DNA of 64,000 bases from Tubiluchus corallicola (lineage: Eukaryota > Animalia > Priapulida): the NCBI GenBank assembly GCA_030141605.1, contig JAQGDQ010000262.1, forward strand, positions 253,240 through 317,239. The letters are read 5' to 3'. This document shows positions 11,842 to 25,700 of this stretch, in pieces (within the stretch, counting starts at the first letter, position 1; the number at the start of each line of letters is the position of its first letter). Below the pieces are notes generated by a model. The model saw only the letters and a list, made by a program, of their open reading frames with translations. It searched no databases and was not told the DNA's origin. The position numbers and the translations under genes were made by a program.

Positions 11842-14018
11842 CTAAAGCATACAAAGCAGCACGTTAACAAACACGAGTATAGAGACTGCATTATAAAGTC
11901 TGTATTAACTGTACATGCAAACAGACAGGTATGTTAATGACACAAGCAAACTAATGATTATCAACATGTCTACATCAGCTGCAGCAAATCAATAAAACAG
12001 ACAACACAATAAATGCAAATTTTCAAAAAAAAATGCTTTGATGGTTTGCAAAATGACAACGAAACTTTGTCCACTGATGGCAGTGACACAAGTGAAACAC
12101 TAGCAAAAAATCTCTAGCTTGACACCATTTTGATGCATTTACATTTCCTTCACTGAGACCTGCAATACTCAATTATACTGTTTGACTAAAAAAGAAAAAA
12201 TACCGACCTTTTCAGTCTTTTGTGAAACATTATAACATGTGAGAATTTGCTTATAAATAAGATACATCACATTTATTTCCTTATCTTATCTATTACAACA
12301 GCCCGCCCATGGATTTAAGGAAGATAGGTAATTTTAAAAACAATTTTTACAGCGGGCAATGTTCGGTCTGGGATTCCAAAATTCAAAATTACTGTAGGTC
12401 TACAGTAATGTTTACAGTTAAGTTTGAACTATATCTTTCGATTATTGAGTATTTTCAATACTAGCTGTGCTTCCAACGATTCAAATGAGAATCAGACAAA
12501 TTTCAGGAAACTCGAACAGAGACTGGCAGAGAAAGGAGAACTCTAGCAGTACCTCCAGAAACCTGGTACTGCCTGTTAAGTTTGCCGTAAGAAACTTCTG
12601 TATTGCATTCCTATCATTAAACCTCAAAAACGTAGTCATCAAATACCCAACTTTCGAAAAATCCATAATTCAGCAACAGAACAAAATGGCGATTAGTAAG
12701 ACGATATTGCGAGACAACTATCCAAACTAAGTCCTATCAGCATAAAGTAAAAGTCGCTTTCCATAACAAATTATGTCAATTTAAATTTCAGATGTTCTAA
12801 TTAAAAATGTTTTTTATGAAAGTCATAATTACAATTGCGGCTGTTTTTAAGACACTGTAGTTACACATCCAGAAACGACGCTATCATGTAAAAAACATTT
12901 GAGCTGAGAAGGTCCTGCCTCACAATCCTCACTCCTAGTTTCCAATTTATCTTTTTACGCAAAAATATTTACGAACAATGTGCAAAAATAATGCAAGCCA
13001 AAGTGCAAGAATCCAAAATGCAAAAAATGCCTCCATAGCTTTATGTTGAGACAATATTCATGAGCAATTTTTCTTTGTGATACGCCTGGATTAGAGACAG
13101 AGCTAAAGTGGAAACAGGCATAGGGCCGATTACAGCCAAAAGATTGTGATTACATTCATGGCAGTGTCATAAACACTGTGACTACAATTATAGTAGAAAA
13201 GTGATGATTACAATTACCATTAAATAGATAAGACTACTATTATAATTACATTAATTATTTCATTCAAAGCTAGCAGAATAGTTAGTGTCTTTTGACAAGT
13301 TTCCAATACTGTTGTCTCTTTATCTGGCACAGACACTTAACTGAATGGCAGAATGTACGATGCAGGGCGCAATTTTCACAATTTCAATGAAGAATAAAAC
13401 ACTATTGAAACTTTTAATGTAAAACCAAATAAAGAAAAAACTGTTATTTATTTCACTTTGTTGACGATTCAATAGTATGTCTATTTCGTGTGGTAATGAG
13501 ATCGTTTGATTTGCACACGTATTAAAATAACATGTGTTCAGCATGGACAGGAAGTCTGCCACCCTGATCTGGTGATACTTCCTGTTGTCTAATTACTACT
13601 ACTACCTATTGCAGACTTTGGAACTAAAGTTTGGCTCTCTGGCAGTCCACAATCTGTAAAAGTTCACTTGGTTGCACATAAAATTCACGAGAAATGCTAT
13701 CTTTCATGCCTTGAGCGATTAGTCAGACTGGTTTCTCACTATCATAACTGGAGCGTTTTGAGCTTGTACTAGGCTGCAAAAACGTTGCAGAAAAACAATC
13801 TATATGTTTAAGTAGGACACCAAAAATTTACTTTTTTGGCCACAGAAAGAAATGACTGGTTTACTGCACATTTGTTCCACAGAAAACAATAATACTGATT
13901 ACCAGACTAGATTTTTTGTGAAAACGAGTAGAAATATAATGGAGGCTGGATCTTTGATGGTAGATTTCTTGCTAAAACGTTGGGTAAGAAATTCAGCTCT
14001 GAACTGAAAAGTGAAGAG

Positions 14019-14360
14019 GGAAGAATGAGGGATCACGCGTATAAATATAAGAATGTACAATATAGCAGACTCAATGTACGAAAACGATTTTTCACGGTGT
14101 TAACACCAAAGTTATGGAATAAGTTACCAGAATACGGCCATCTTTGAATGTTTTTAAGAACTATCTAAACAAGAATTTTGGAACTGTGAATACACACAGA
14201 CAGACCCCAGGGAGTATCTTAGCAGACAGACACAAGCTTTTTAACATAACCAAAAAAAACTTGATGTTCAAACTGAGAGAGATTTTTCATGCGAATAGTT
14301 AAGCATTGTCAAGACCCTCAACAGGCAACAGCCTATCACGGAAGACGGCCACGAATGGTA
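14019..14360 (+). mobile_element. CR1-group LINE 3' fragment
   Basis: 14019-14132 reads GRMRDHAYKYKNVQYSRLNVRKRFFTVLTPKLWNKLPE, like the CR1 ORF2 C-terminal RGH..RLNxRKxFF..xWNxLP motif; boundaries approximate. Confidence 0.7.
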
Positions 14361-14806
14361 CCTGCATGCAAAGTAAGAATTTAAGGCTCACTAGTGGCCA
14401 TGAATTCAATCACATCTGCATCCAAGAGCATTTTATAGTTTTCTTTGTTTATGAATATTTAAGTTTTAAATTCATCTGCTGTTAAATATGTACATTGTAC
14501 ACTGATGTGCATTAAGTTAATTCCTTTAATGTTTAACCGAAAGTTAATTTAATACACTACTAAGTCCAAGGACCAAAAAAGCAGTAACACTAACTCGCAT
14601 TAGAAAAAATAATTTACTTCCAAGTGACAACAAAACATGGAACTAGCGCATATACAAGTCAAGTGAGCCTATTCAGATAACAATAACATTAAAGCGAAAA
14701 ATGTTTAGCAACATGAACCTGAGTAATACCAAAAAATATTTAGCGTCAAGAATCTCAGTGAGACCACGAAAACTACTTTGATAAAAACTATAATTAATAA
14801 TCGAAC

Positions 14807-14944
14807 CTCCAAAGTGAAGCTTCTGCAGATATTTCCGAACGACAGCCACGCTTTTTCTTGCGTATCTTTGTCCATGTTGAGATCCAAACAAAGGTTATTG
14901 AAGCGCTCTTCAACATTCTGGTCACCTTCTTCAGAAAACCCCAT
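14807..14944 (-). CDS. RBL1: Retinoblastoma-like pocket protein (p107/p130 type), coding exon 1
   Basis: ATG at 14944; MGFSEEGDQNVEERFNNLCLDLNMDKDTQEKAWLSFGNICRSFTLE resembles the p107/p130 N-terminus; 138 nt, donor GAG|GTTCGA, phase 0. Confidence 0.92.
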
Positions 14945-15042
14945 TTTCTGATGTTAAATAAAAAAATTAATCGACAATGGCTACATAAATTTAGAAACAG
15001 CAAACCAAACCGATCAAAGCGACGCTAGGCGTCTTCCCGAAT

Positions 15043-15052
15043 GGCGCGAAAA
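15043..15052 (-). promoter_or_regulatory. E2F-binding site in the RBL promoter / 5' UTR
   Basis: TTTTCGCGCC on the minus strand, about 100 nt upstream of the ATG, in a CpG-rich patch (about 15010-15080); GC box GGGCGGGGC at 15283-15291. Confidence 0.65.
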
Positions 15053-18000
15053 CTGGCCTACTCGCGCTCCAAAGCGGTTTTTGTCAGAAAATAGTTCTAT
15101 TATTTACCCACTGAAAAACTACAAACAAGTTGAAACTCAATTTTTTCTAATACGCTAAACAAAAATAAGTAAACTCCGAAGGTGTTAGAGAGCAATGTTA
15201 GATTAAATTTCGTCATGGCTTTTGTGAAAGTTATTTTGGAACCCTGCGGATTGATTTTGTGTTGGTATCATACAGTCTATTTGGGCGGGGCTAAACGAGT
15301 AAACGTAGGCGTACGACAGATCCCGGACGCAGCTTTGGATGCACTAATCCGATGGAAAATCAGGCATATTGATGTTGATCATAAGTTATGAATTTCTGAT
15401 TATGGTTAGGATTTTTTAAAAACTTAAGTCTGACCAGGGATTTATTCGGAGATATTTTTATCTGATACACGAAAGATACTCACTATATATAAATTGTACT
15501 GCTTGTACAATAAAAACGTTGTGCAAATGTGCAGCAGGACCAGATACCTGCATGTTTCTTGAAATCATTTAATAAAATTTTAATGTTGGACATCTAAAAA
15601 GTTAAATTGTGTGACGGTTGGAGTATTGGTTTCCAACCAGTTTCTAGCATTTGAAGATTATACTGACTGGATAACTTTTTTATGTGATGGCTGTAGTTGG
15701 ACCGAACAGTATAACTCTCAAAGATAAGATATTAAGCACTCGCAAAGTAAAATGTTAAGTCGACGGTCTTACAAATGTGCAGACACATGCACGTGTATCC
15801 TTCTTGAATGAGAAAAAATGTCAGCAATATACAGGTGACAGATCAGTAGATCGGTGTAATTAGTATTTTCCACCCGTCCACCACTCACCTGTACAATTAT
15901 AACCATTTATTTAGACGAAACAATATCTAGGAGCCTAAAATCGCGTATAGCAATTGAAATTAAGAAACACACAGTAACAAACAGGTGATTGCCATGAAAA
16001 TCGCTTTTTGGTGATTTAAGCTATAGCAATGTTTCCGACTGTTTTTCTCATGTCGGTATGTGGCCAAAGCTATCTCTTTTGATTCGCAATCTCTTTGACT
16101 AGCAGCAAGATTTCGGTCCTGCCACAAGAAAAAAATAAAAATTAGCTTCTGTCGTTAAGTGCTGGATATCAGGATGAAAACATAGCACACACCTTAGCCA
16201 CTGCTGTAGCACAAAATTGATCTATAACAATTCGAAGATTCTATATCTATGTAGGAAGAAATCATGAGTGACAAAATGTGAGTCATCGTAGATTTGGCAA
16301 GTTGTTTCACGCTGTGCTACAACGTGCTGTCTGCTTAAACTAGAAGTGGAAAATTCTTTTTAGCTCAAAGTACAGGCTTAATAGTTAACAGTATAACTGA
16401 AATTCGGAACCGTGTGCGAATGAAACAAAATTTTGAGTGCTTCTCAAAGTAAAAGTGACTGTTATGCTCGATAGATGGCAGCACAACCACGTAGGAGATC
16501 GAAGTCGAGAAATGATTCAGTTTCAGTATGTAAAAGCGCGTTCGGATTAACGAGTTTTCTGGCCAAATAACTAGCGAAATAACTCGCAAACGTGTTTAGA
16601 CTAGAGAACAAAACTTGCTGAGAGTTACTCTACGACACTAAGTGCGAGCTGACCGTCACTTTTCTATTCGCTGCAACAACTGTCGGAGAGTTTGCAATTT
16701 CTTGCAGCACTTCACACTTGTGGGTTTGCTTTCAGAAAGAACACTCGGCAGTATGAATGCTCCGTAACGTCCTTGCTTCAGACCAAGTCTAAAGCCAACT
16801 TGGAGTGTGGTAGATTCTTTACAACGTCGGTTGTAAAAAATAACTAGTACCAGAAAATCCTAGCTTTAAGACAATTGACATATAAACGCAAGAAGTTTTC
16901 AATAAAAATTAAACAATTAAGACTAAGACAGTCCCACCATTTGTTAGTCCATTTGGGAGCAAATGGCCTAAATCTTGGAAGCATGAGTACTACCCAGCAG
17001 TACCTAAAACGCTGCTGGTATTAAAATATTGTAATTAAGTGACTAATAATTATTAAACAGACTGGTAGTCAATTGACTGACTATACTGTTGTCGAACTAA
17101 CTGCCAAAATCACGGACATTGATAATTAACGAAGTAACTGGCTAACTGACTGACTAACTAAGTGACTTATTAACTGATGACTAACTGACTGACTAATAAA
17201 AATAGGTGTTAGTAATCATAAAACGCAGAAAGTATCTATTGATTTTATTTGCATATTACTGTAGTTTGGAGAGAAATAGTAGTTTTTTTCGTAGAATCAT
17301 TCACTGCACTACCGGGAAATCAGTCAAATTGCTTTGCCGTTGTTGTTACCGGATGTACGTTTACGTGCCCCTGGACACTACTGGAAACTAGTTGTGATAG
17401 GTAGATTTCATAACCATGAAGCAAGAAAAAAGAAAGAAAAAAGTTCGGAAGCAACTATTAAAAATATGATTTTGTATTATCCATTCGTAACACTTTGTTC
17501 ATAACTTGTTTAGGTACAGGAGGCAAACAGATCAGCTTTTGTTTCATGTTTTACATGTTCAAAGCCTTTGTTTCGTTTTTTAAATACGCTTTGTTGGAAT
17601 CAAATAGGTTTCTGATCTCATAATTGCAGCGTCTCTAATTATAAACTTGTGCAACAGGGCGCGAGTTTGCATTCCTCCAAGGTTGTGACTTGTTGGGCTG
17701 GTTTGCTGGAGGTAGGAAGACGGTGAGAGGACAATGTACTGGTCACAGGGCTATCGCTCGTTTTGTGATGGCGGCAGTGATGGGTGCCTCTTGTTAAACA
17801 CCCTCTCATTTTCAGTGAAATGTCAATTGAACTTCGTTTTAATTTCCGTTAATACAATATTGAAAATATACAGGGGTAGCGAATTGAAATATTAAATCGC
17901 TGTATAAAATACAAGATTTCTCTTCAATTCAAATACGTTTATTGTAGACGACGGAGATGAAAATGCGAAGAAAAGGTTATTAGTTGAAATTTTGTAAAAT

Positions 18001-18564
18001 CTTCAAGTCTAGAACCACACAATTCGTCACTTGACAGTCTTTTCATAAGATGCTACATTTTGTATCTTGCAAGCCGGGAAACTTTCGCAAGTAAAAGTGC
18101 ATCAGTGTTTTACATGAACAGGTTAATTTAATAATGTCAAGCATTTTCGACTTGGTTATCGCAAAATCAGAAAAGTTTACCCAAAAGAATTATGTGGAGC
18201 AATACACTAACCAGGCTTAGGAAGGCATCTTTTAGTTGAAAGTTTTCAAATGATACAATCTTTTTAAAATTCATTGGTTGTTTGGTATTGTGAGTTTTGC
18301 TACTACTGTATATATATATATATTTTTTCTGACAGAATATATATATATTCTGTCAGTCAGTTAGTCAATTAGTAAGTTAGTAAGCCAGCCAGCCTTTTTA
18401 TTGTTTCTTTCTTTTTTCTTTCTATTTTAATTTACGAATCCATTTTCTCCCTTTGTTTTTTCCTTTCGGTCGTCTTTTTACTTCTTATTTTTCTTTTTTG
18501 CCTTTTCTTTTTCATTCATTCACTGTTTTATTCGTTCATCTGCTCGATCATTCATTTTTCTTTC

Positions 18565-18650
18565 TTTCCTTCCTTCCTTCCTTCCTTCCTTCCTTCCTTC
18601 CTTCCTTCCTTCCTTCCTTCCTTCCTTCCTTCCTTCCTTCCTTCCTTCCT
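18565..18650. repeat. (TTCC)n microsatellite
   Basis: Directly visible. Confidence 0.97.
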
Positions 18651-18799
18651 CCATCTTCGGTTTACTTATTCTTTTTTCCATTATTCACTTGTTCATTTAT
18701 TCTGTCAGTCAGTTAGTCAATTAGTAAGCTAGTAAGCCAGCCAGTCAGTCCACCAATCAGAAGGTTGGTTGAACGGTCGCTCAGTTACTAATTGGTCAG

Positions 18800-18955
18800 T
18801 AAATCAGTCAGTCAGTCAGTTAGTCAGTCCAGTGAACTAGTACTCCATAGTCAGTCCAAAGTCGGTCAGTAGTCAGTCGGCTAGTCAGTCAGCCAGTCAG
18901 TCAGTCAACCAGTCAGTCAGTCCAGTGAGCTGGTACTCAGTCAGTCCATAGTCGG

Positions 18956-19026
<71 letters not shown>

Positions 19027-19180
19027 GTCAGTCAGTCAGCCCAGTGAGCTAGTTCTCAGTCAGTCCATAGTCGGCCAATAGTCAGTCAGCTAGTCAGGCA
19101 GTCAGCCAGCCAGTCAGTCAGCCGGTCAGTTAGCCAGTCAGTCAGCCAGTCAGTCAGCTATTCAGACAGCCAGTCAGCTA
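18800..19180. repeat. Compound (CAGT)n/(CAAT)n/(CAGC)n low-complexity tract with a recurring CCAGTGA.CT.GT.CTC..CCATAGTC module
   Basis: Directly visible; pure (CAAT)n at about 18957-19025. Confidence 0.9.
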
Positions 19181-20623
19181 TTTATCCATCTATGAAATTC
19201 ATGTGCCTGATGGATGGATGATACTTTTTCTCAATTTACACGAGATCGGAATTGTTCACAGATTAAATAAGTAGAAATATGTACGGCCGTCGCCTAACCT
19301 GCCAGTGTTACAGCAGTAAGGCAGATCTTTGCCGTCTCTCTCACCTGGTTTGTGGAACTGCCCGCTTCAACCTGTCGCACAGCCTAATGCTGCTGCAGGC
19401 GAGTACACATACAAGGAAGCAGCGTCAATCGCTCAGCACCGCACTATCTCATCCGAGTCAGGCCAAAAGGTTTTTGAACCAGAGTTTGTGACAGCAGCGG
19501 TGCAGATGGAATGCAAGATGGTTTGTTGATCAGACGCGTTTAGGATCGCGTCGCTTAATGACAGGTGTATAGACGGCAGGTAAACCTGGCGAGAAACAGC
19601 TGGCTACGGATTTCCAATTTACTGGGAAAAGAAACTTTTTAAGTGGACTGTTCGTATTCTGTTGTGCTGTACACGGGCTTGGAATGTTAATCAAATCTTG
19701 GCCATAATTTGGCGGGCCACGAGAAGAACTGAGAGATAGACTTCTTCAAATTCTGCGATGAGTTTGTAAATCGTTTGGTAAGTAATTCAGAAGTCAGAAA
19801 TTAGAAATGTCTTATTGCCTTTGTATAAGAAAATCAAGTTATAACAATACATAATTAATTCGCAAAGTCAAAAAAAAGTTTAGCTGAAAAACAATAAACC
19901 TGTTTTTTTGCTAATTCTTTGCTGTACCACTGAAGCTCTAGATAAAATTTTAATGTTTATTGAGATTTCAAAGCGTCGAGCTTCGACAAAATTTTGTAAC
20001 AGTAATAAATCCATTCTGAATATTATGGCCGTGTAGCCATGATAGCCCTTCTACGTTCAAGTTATTAGTACCTTTTCTAAATGCGCTTAGCAGTCTACTG
20101 AGGCTAGACGATGACCTTGAAGACTCCTGGGACGTCCAGAATCACGTAGGCCTAAAATGGACTTGAATTATTTTTGAAGTATTAGTAAGACGGCGCGGGT
20201 ATATGACAAACCTGCTGTTTACGTTTGTGGTAAATTCACAAAGTTCGTATGAATAATGGATCCGGGAAGATAAGATTTGCCACCTACTTGGTGAGAGCTA
20301 TATGGTATAGGCCTATAATTATGTTGTAATAACTGTACTGTTCTACAGCTATTACCAAACAAGCTATACTAGTTACAATGTATGGCTGGCTGGTAGCATA
20401 CACAAATTGATGCCCGCAGTATAAGTGCTTTAAAGTGATAATACGTAGATCTTAGAAGCTTGTGAAGTGCAAAAACTTCCTTATTTACTATCATATGGAA
20501 ATTATTACGTGTTTGATTTAGCAGTAACCGTCTTGTACGGTATTTGATGTTGAACTTTGTTCTCCAGCGCTGTTCTATTCGGAATCGCAGAGTCGTTCAT
20601 TATTCTTATAATGTTGTTCTTAA

Positions 20624-20945
20624 CCCTTTCATATCCGTTGTATCTCGTGGGATACGAGAATATTTTCTGCCTTTAAATTTAATAAAATTTGAAAACTGAC
20701 AGTTATTTGATCTGTTAATAGTTATTTTGATTTAAGCCAATAACAATAGACTAAAAACAGTGATAAAATGGTAAACTAAAAAATCTACATAGCACAAAAA
20801 ACTGTGCAAGGTACAGTACTTTAGAGATGACTTTGTACAGGGAGAAAAAAATTATTATTATGTGTAAACAAGATGGTCATACTGAACAAAAGTACCAAGC
20901 CAAAAAAAATTTTCTTATTAAAAAAACAATTTGGGACTGAAAGGG
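20624..20945. mobile_element. piggyBac-like MITE
   Basis: TTAA|CCCTTTCA ... TGAAAGGG|TTAA. Confidence 0.85.
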
Positions 20946-21783
20946 TTAATTTTTTGATTGACAAAATAAGGAAACTTCATACTGCAAAGTATTTTTATAA
21001 CGATATTGTCTTTTTGCGAAAATATACTGTAGATCACCAGTTATATACAGCATTAAATACCGGAATTTGCGTATTCGGTGAAAAAGTGTCTTGTTGCTAC
21101 TTACAGCTAATGTGTGGATGCGGCATTTCCTAATTCTGTCAGCATCCTGTTGCTTGGTAACGCTTGGTCGCTCAGTTGCCTCAAATTCGCGCTGCGTAAC
21201 CAAAATTTACTGTACCTTTAGCAAATTTTTTTTTGTACAACAGGAGTATGGCACTGCAATTGATGTGATATTTTTGTCATTGCTCTAAAAAATAATTATG
21301 TAGAACATAGTTTACATATTTTATTCTGAGAATTTTTGATAGAAATTTCTTACAATTCAAAAATCAGTGTAATAAAAACACAAAAAAGAATCATTATGAA
21401 CTGAGATCCAGATTGACCCCATATGCTTTTCTTGGTTTGATATGCACTATTGTGACCTTGACCTTGAACTGACCTTTCATTTCCACTTTTTAATATTAGT
21501 AGTTGGTTTTTAGAATATATTTAGCATTGGGTTTTTAGATGTATGTTAGAATATTGGTTTTTGTTATTAGGGAAAAATTTCTCTCCCATTGTGCAAATCC
21601 AAATAAACGGACGACAAACTACTTAGGACGGACGAATGAACATACAGCAACAATAACAACCACAAAGTGACATTGACCTTGGCTTCTATGTGTCAGGTAT
21701 AGAGAAGAGATAAAGCCGAGTTTCAACTGTATTATTTAGCACAGAGAAGAATTGTTCATGCAGTAGGTTGTATCAAGTGTGAT

Positions 21784-22158
21784 CAGAGCCTATTTCAGCC
21801 TAAGCGAGGCCCAGGGAAGTGGGGCGCATGAGGCCCCTCGGGGGGGGGGGCGCCACAATGGTTGGTGCCCAGAAAATTTTCGAACTGCTAGAACGCCGGA
21901 GAAGCATTTTCGAAGAGAAAATATGGAGTTATACAGTTGTTAAAGGAAAGAAAAAATGAAAGAAAAACTGCTTTATTCTCAAGACCAGTCCTTAATACTT
22001 GTCAATACTGGCAAACGGCGCGCATCCGGCAAGAGAGAGAGAGAGAGAGGGAGAGAGGAGGCAGTATGTTCGCATAAAGCAAAAAAAAGTTACCTTGGCG
22101 CAAAGCCCCCCTGGAGGGTGGGGCCCCGGGGAAGTATCCCCCCCTGAAATAGGCCCCG
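21784..22158. mobile_element. hAT-like MITE with GC-rich ends and internal (GA)n
   Basis: TIR CAGAGCCTATTTCAG / CTGAAATAGGCCCCG; perfect 8-bp TSD AGTGTGAT (21776-21783 and 22159-22166). Confidence 0.9.
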
Positions 22159-22483
22159 AGTGTGATATAAGATATAGTTTATATTTCTTTCCAAGACTTG
22201 ATGGATGATGACTAAATTGACGATAAAGTGAACGGGGATCCCCAATTGCCAACTAATGCGAGCTAATCTGTTTAGACGACGCGCTGCGTATGCGGATGTA
22301 GAGAGCGTCAGTTTCCGGTTGTCTCTGGTTCCTGGTTTCTGTCGCAGATGGCATCTGGATGAGTGATGACAAATACCATAATGATAAGCACCTCAATAAT
22401 CTATGAATGAGTTTTAATAGGTAATTTTAATGAGTTGTTTTACTTGTCCGGGTTCACAAATTAATAATTGAGTATGTACAAAT

Positions 22484-22791
22484 GAATCCAGGTAATAAAG
22501 TCACAGGCAAAGAGTTACAGATGAAAAAGTTATAGAAAAAAGTCACAGAAAAAAGAAATAACCCTAACCCCAGTCCTAACCTTAACCATAAGCCTAACAC
22601 TAACCCCATACCTAATCCTAACTCTAACCCTAACCCTAACTATAAACCTACCCTAACCCTAACTATGACTTGAATATTTTTGTTTGATTACTTGACTTTA
22701 TTTCCTAGCCAAAATTGGGACTTTTTTCTTTCGAGTTTTTTCCTAGCCAAAATGGCGACTTTTTGATGACTTTTTCCTGTGACTGTATTAC
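22484..22791. mobile_element. TIR element with internal degenerate (TAACCC)n, copy 1
   Basis: GTAATAAAGTCACAGG ... CCTGTGACTGTATTAC; repeated AAAAGTCAC subterminal units; same family as 29505-29680. Confidence 0.75.
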
Positions 22792-25700
22792 TGTACAGGC
22801 AGACTGTGAATTCGTTTAGGGCAGGAGACGGAGCGGGTAAAAACAGCAGGAAAACGGCAGTTCATAATTTCACAGTAATCTCACAGTGACCGTTTATGAA
22901 AATTCTAAACTGGCATCTTTCTTAAACTGTAAGATGGTTGGATCGTGTAATCCACATAGAAGCAGCTACTGGTAACTGAAGAAGATTGTATGAGCTGTCA
23001 TTTGAGCTAATAGAAAATGGATGGAGAAGTGGTCTTTCCTACCTACAACTTATGAACAGTGACTAACAAACAATGCAGGGTTGCTTTGCCTTGAGCAAGT
23101 TCGATACTGTGCTTGGTAGATTTTAGAGTAAAAAAACCTGCGTAAAGAATAAAACTTCCACCCCTGGCTTTTCAAGTCTTGTATGCATAATATTCTATAC
23201 AGATCTATAATATTAAACCTGATTGTTCATGGAGCCAAGAATCAATGCATGGAAAGATGCGTAGAAAGTGTCATCACACTAAAACACCAACAGAACTCAT
23301 TTCCGGCGGTTTTAGTTGGAAGAGACTGTTCCTCAAGGATTCAGCGAAGAAACGCGAGAACTTCCACAGGAAAACGGGATGCAGCTTTGTTGGGAATTTG
23401 AGATGGTGAATACTGCGATAATAAAAGACGGGAACAGAGGAGTTCATCGGCAAAATCTGTTGCTGTGACATTTAGAATTCGAGCTGGCTGTAGCTGTGGT
23501 GGCATCGCAGAGAAAAAATTAAAGGAACGTAATACAGTTTTTGAAAGTGACATTGTTGTGAAGAAGCTGTAGGAAAGAATCAATTGGAGGAAGGATGCAG
23601 GAAGGAACACATTTCAGGGGAATACACACATAACCACTTGACACCAGTGCACGATACAAAGAAGGTAAAATGTACATCTTTTAATTATTACATCATTTGC
23701 GTGAATACGAACATTGGCAAATCATGGACCGAGTTTTGAATTTTTAAATTTTTTGAGGCTTGACTGAGAAGGGAATTGAATTGATTACAAGCCTAGCGTG
23801 CAGGTTGGCCGCGCAACGAGAGTTAGTTGAGTTGCTATGGCCATTTTGTATTCTGTCACCGAGGTACGAGAATCTTCAAACTGCCTTTTTTTCACACGTA
23901 GCGGTCCTAGATAGTAGTGAAACGACCATAACGTTGTAATTTTATCGTTTTTTCTTATTACATTAAAAAGTTCTTGTTGTTGCAGTTCATTGTTTTCTGC
24001 GAAAATCGAGCGAAATTCTGATTAAACTGTATATTCATCACGGTTATGACCGGTTGGACCGGGCAGCAGATAAGAGCTGCTGCGTTTATTATGTTGTACC
24101 CAAGAGAGCTTAGCACGAACTACACTTAGATATCAGATAGTGTAAACATCTCAACCTGAAGATTCTGTTTGCCTTCTGATAAATTTGCATCCAGTCTGCT
24201 TGCACGAAAGCGTTCTTTATTGTCACAAGCAGCGTCATTTTATAGCACTGAGTGCCATGCTTTACACGAGGATGCTGCCACGCAAGGTAGACCAGTTACT
24301 AAGAAGCTTGAGTTTACAGTTTGAGTAAGTTCTAAGTTCTTTCTTTCTTTTTCTTTTCTGATTTTTCATTATTTATAACTGTTTTATTAGTCATTTCAAG
24401 TCATGTGATGTCAGTGCTGTTTGTGGAGCTAGATCGCTCGTAACTACAAAAGTAGGCATCGTAGGGTTGGTGTTAAGCGTAAGTTTAATTTTGCTTGAAT
24501 AATGATGTTCAGAGTTAAATCTAGCGACGAAAATTGGCTCAAAGTTACTGGCCGCTGCTGGTCTCTTTCTTACTTTCTTAACTTTATTACACAATGGCTT
24601 CTTTGGCGTTCATATGCGTGGGGGGTACTTGAACGTTGCAACAGTTGTTTAGCATGCTTGCTCAAGCGTATCAGGTATTAATTGTTACGGGCCATACGGG
24701 CCAGGTTGTTGTATTGTAGCATGTTGCTAAACACACCTGTAGCGTACGTAGTGTTACAGCCCAGTGCAAATTAATTAGGCCTATTTGCTAAGCCAGTTTA
24801 TGGTATTATAAACCTTAAACAGCAAAAAGGCCTTTCGGGTACAACTCTCTCACCAGTTTTACTGCAGAAAGAACAGTGTGTGCATATATCAGTTAAATGA
24901 TATTGAAGAAATGTGAACAAAATGTTTTTCCGCGTTCTTGCTACAGAACTACTCTCTCGCCACTACATTCGAATTACAAATTCTGACTCGGGATACCGAA
25001 GGTTACTTTGTGAGCTAACAGGTACAGTCAGCATCCTATGTGTCACGTGACCACGTAGAATGTGCCAAGCACACGTTTAGCTTGTCAGCATCATCGGGTC
25101 TATCGTGTGGTCTGTGCGTAAGTTTCGAGTACACGTTATTGTACAGCACGCTTCAGTTTAGATGGCTTTTTGTTGTATCCAAATAGGAGCAAAACTAAAG
25201 TAATCGTTGTTTTGGTGTGTGCCAGTCAACTCAGTCTGCTGAAGTACAAAGGCTTCGTCTGGGAAGGAGAAATAATGTTTAAGGGTAACAGCTCCTAGGT
25301 TTATTTCATCTGCTCGTTGTGCAATTATTCTTAAAATACTTCAACTGGGACGGGGGAAGACGAAAGTTCTGGATGTCACGGGATGCGTAATGCAGGACCT
25401 GTGCCAAATTATTGCAACGTAAGCTTCAAATTTATTTTAGATTATTTAGTAGATTATTTTTTGATAGCACCGTTTTGTGGGAATAGGACTGCAATTTTGC
25501 GATTGAGAGATTAAGCTTCAGGTTTCGATCGCTTTGGTTGATCTGGAGATTTAGTTACGTCGTTACGTTTTTTTGTTTTAGCAATGATTTGAGTTCAGAT
25601 TCCAATTTATTCGTCTTATATGAATTTATATAACATCATAACATACATTATTTCATTATGAATAAGTCAGAATAACCTAAACTGCATAGAGTTGCACACA

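Noticed and set aside
19279-19529. Overlapping short ORFs in a GC-rich island
   Set aside because: No recognisable protein; better explained as promoter or 5' UTR sequence
22557-22665. (TAACCC)n as a true telomere or chromosome-fusion scar
   Set aside because: Short, degenerate, enclosed by TIRs and present in a second copy of the same element
23250-23665. Purine-rich, coding-looking stretch ending in AAG|GTAAAA
   Set aside because: Stops in the frames examined and no recognisable domain; possibly a decayed retroelement or a non-coding exon
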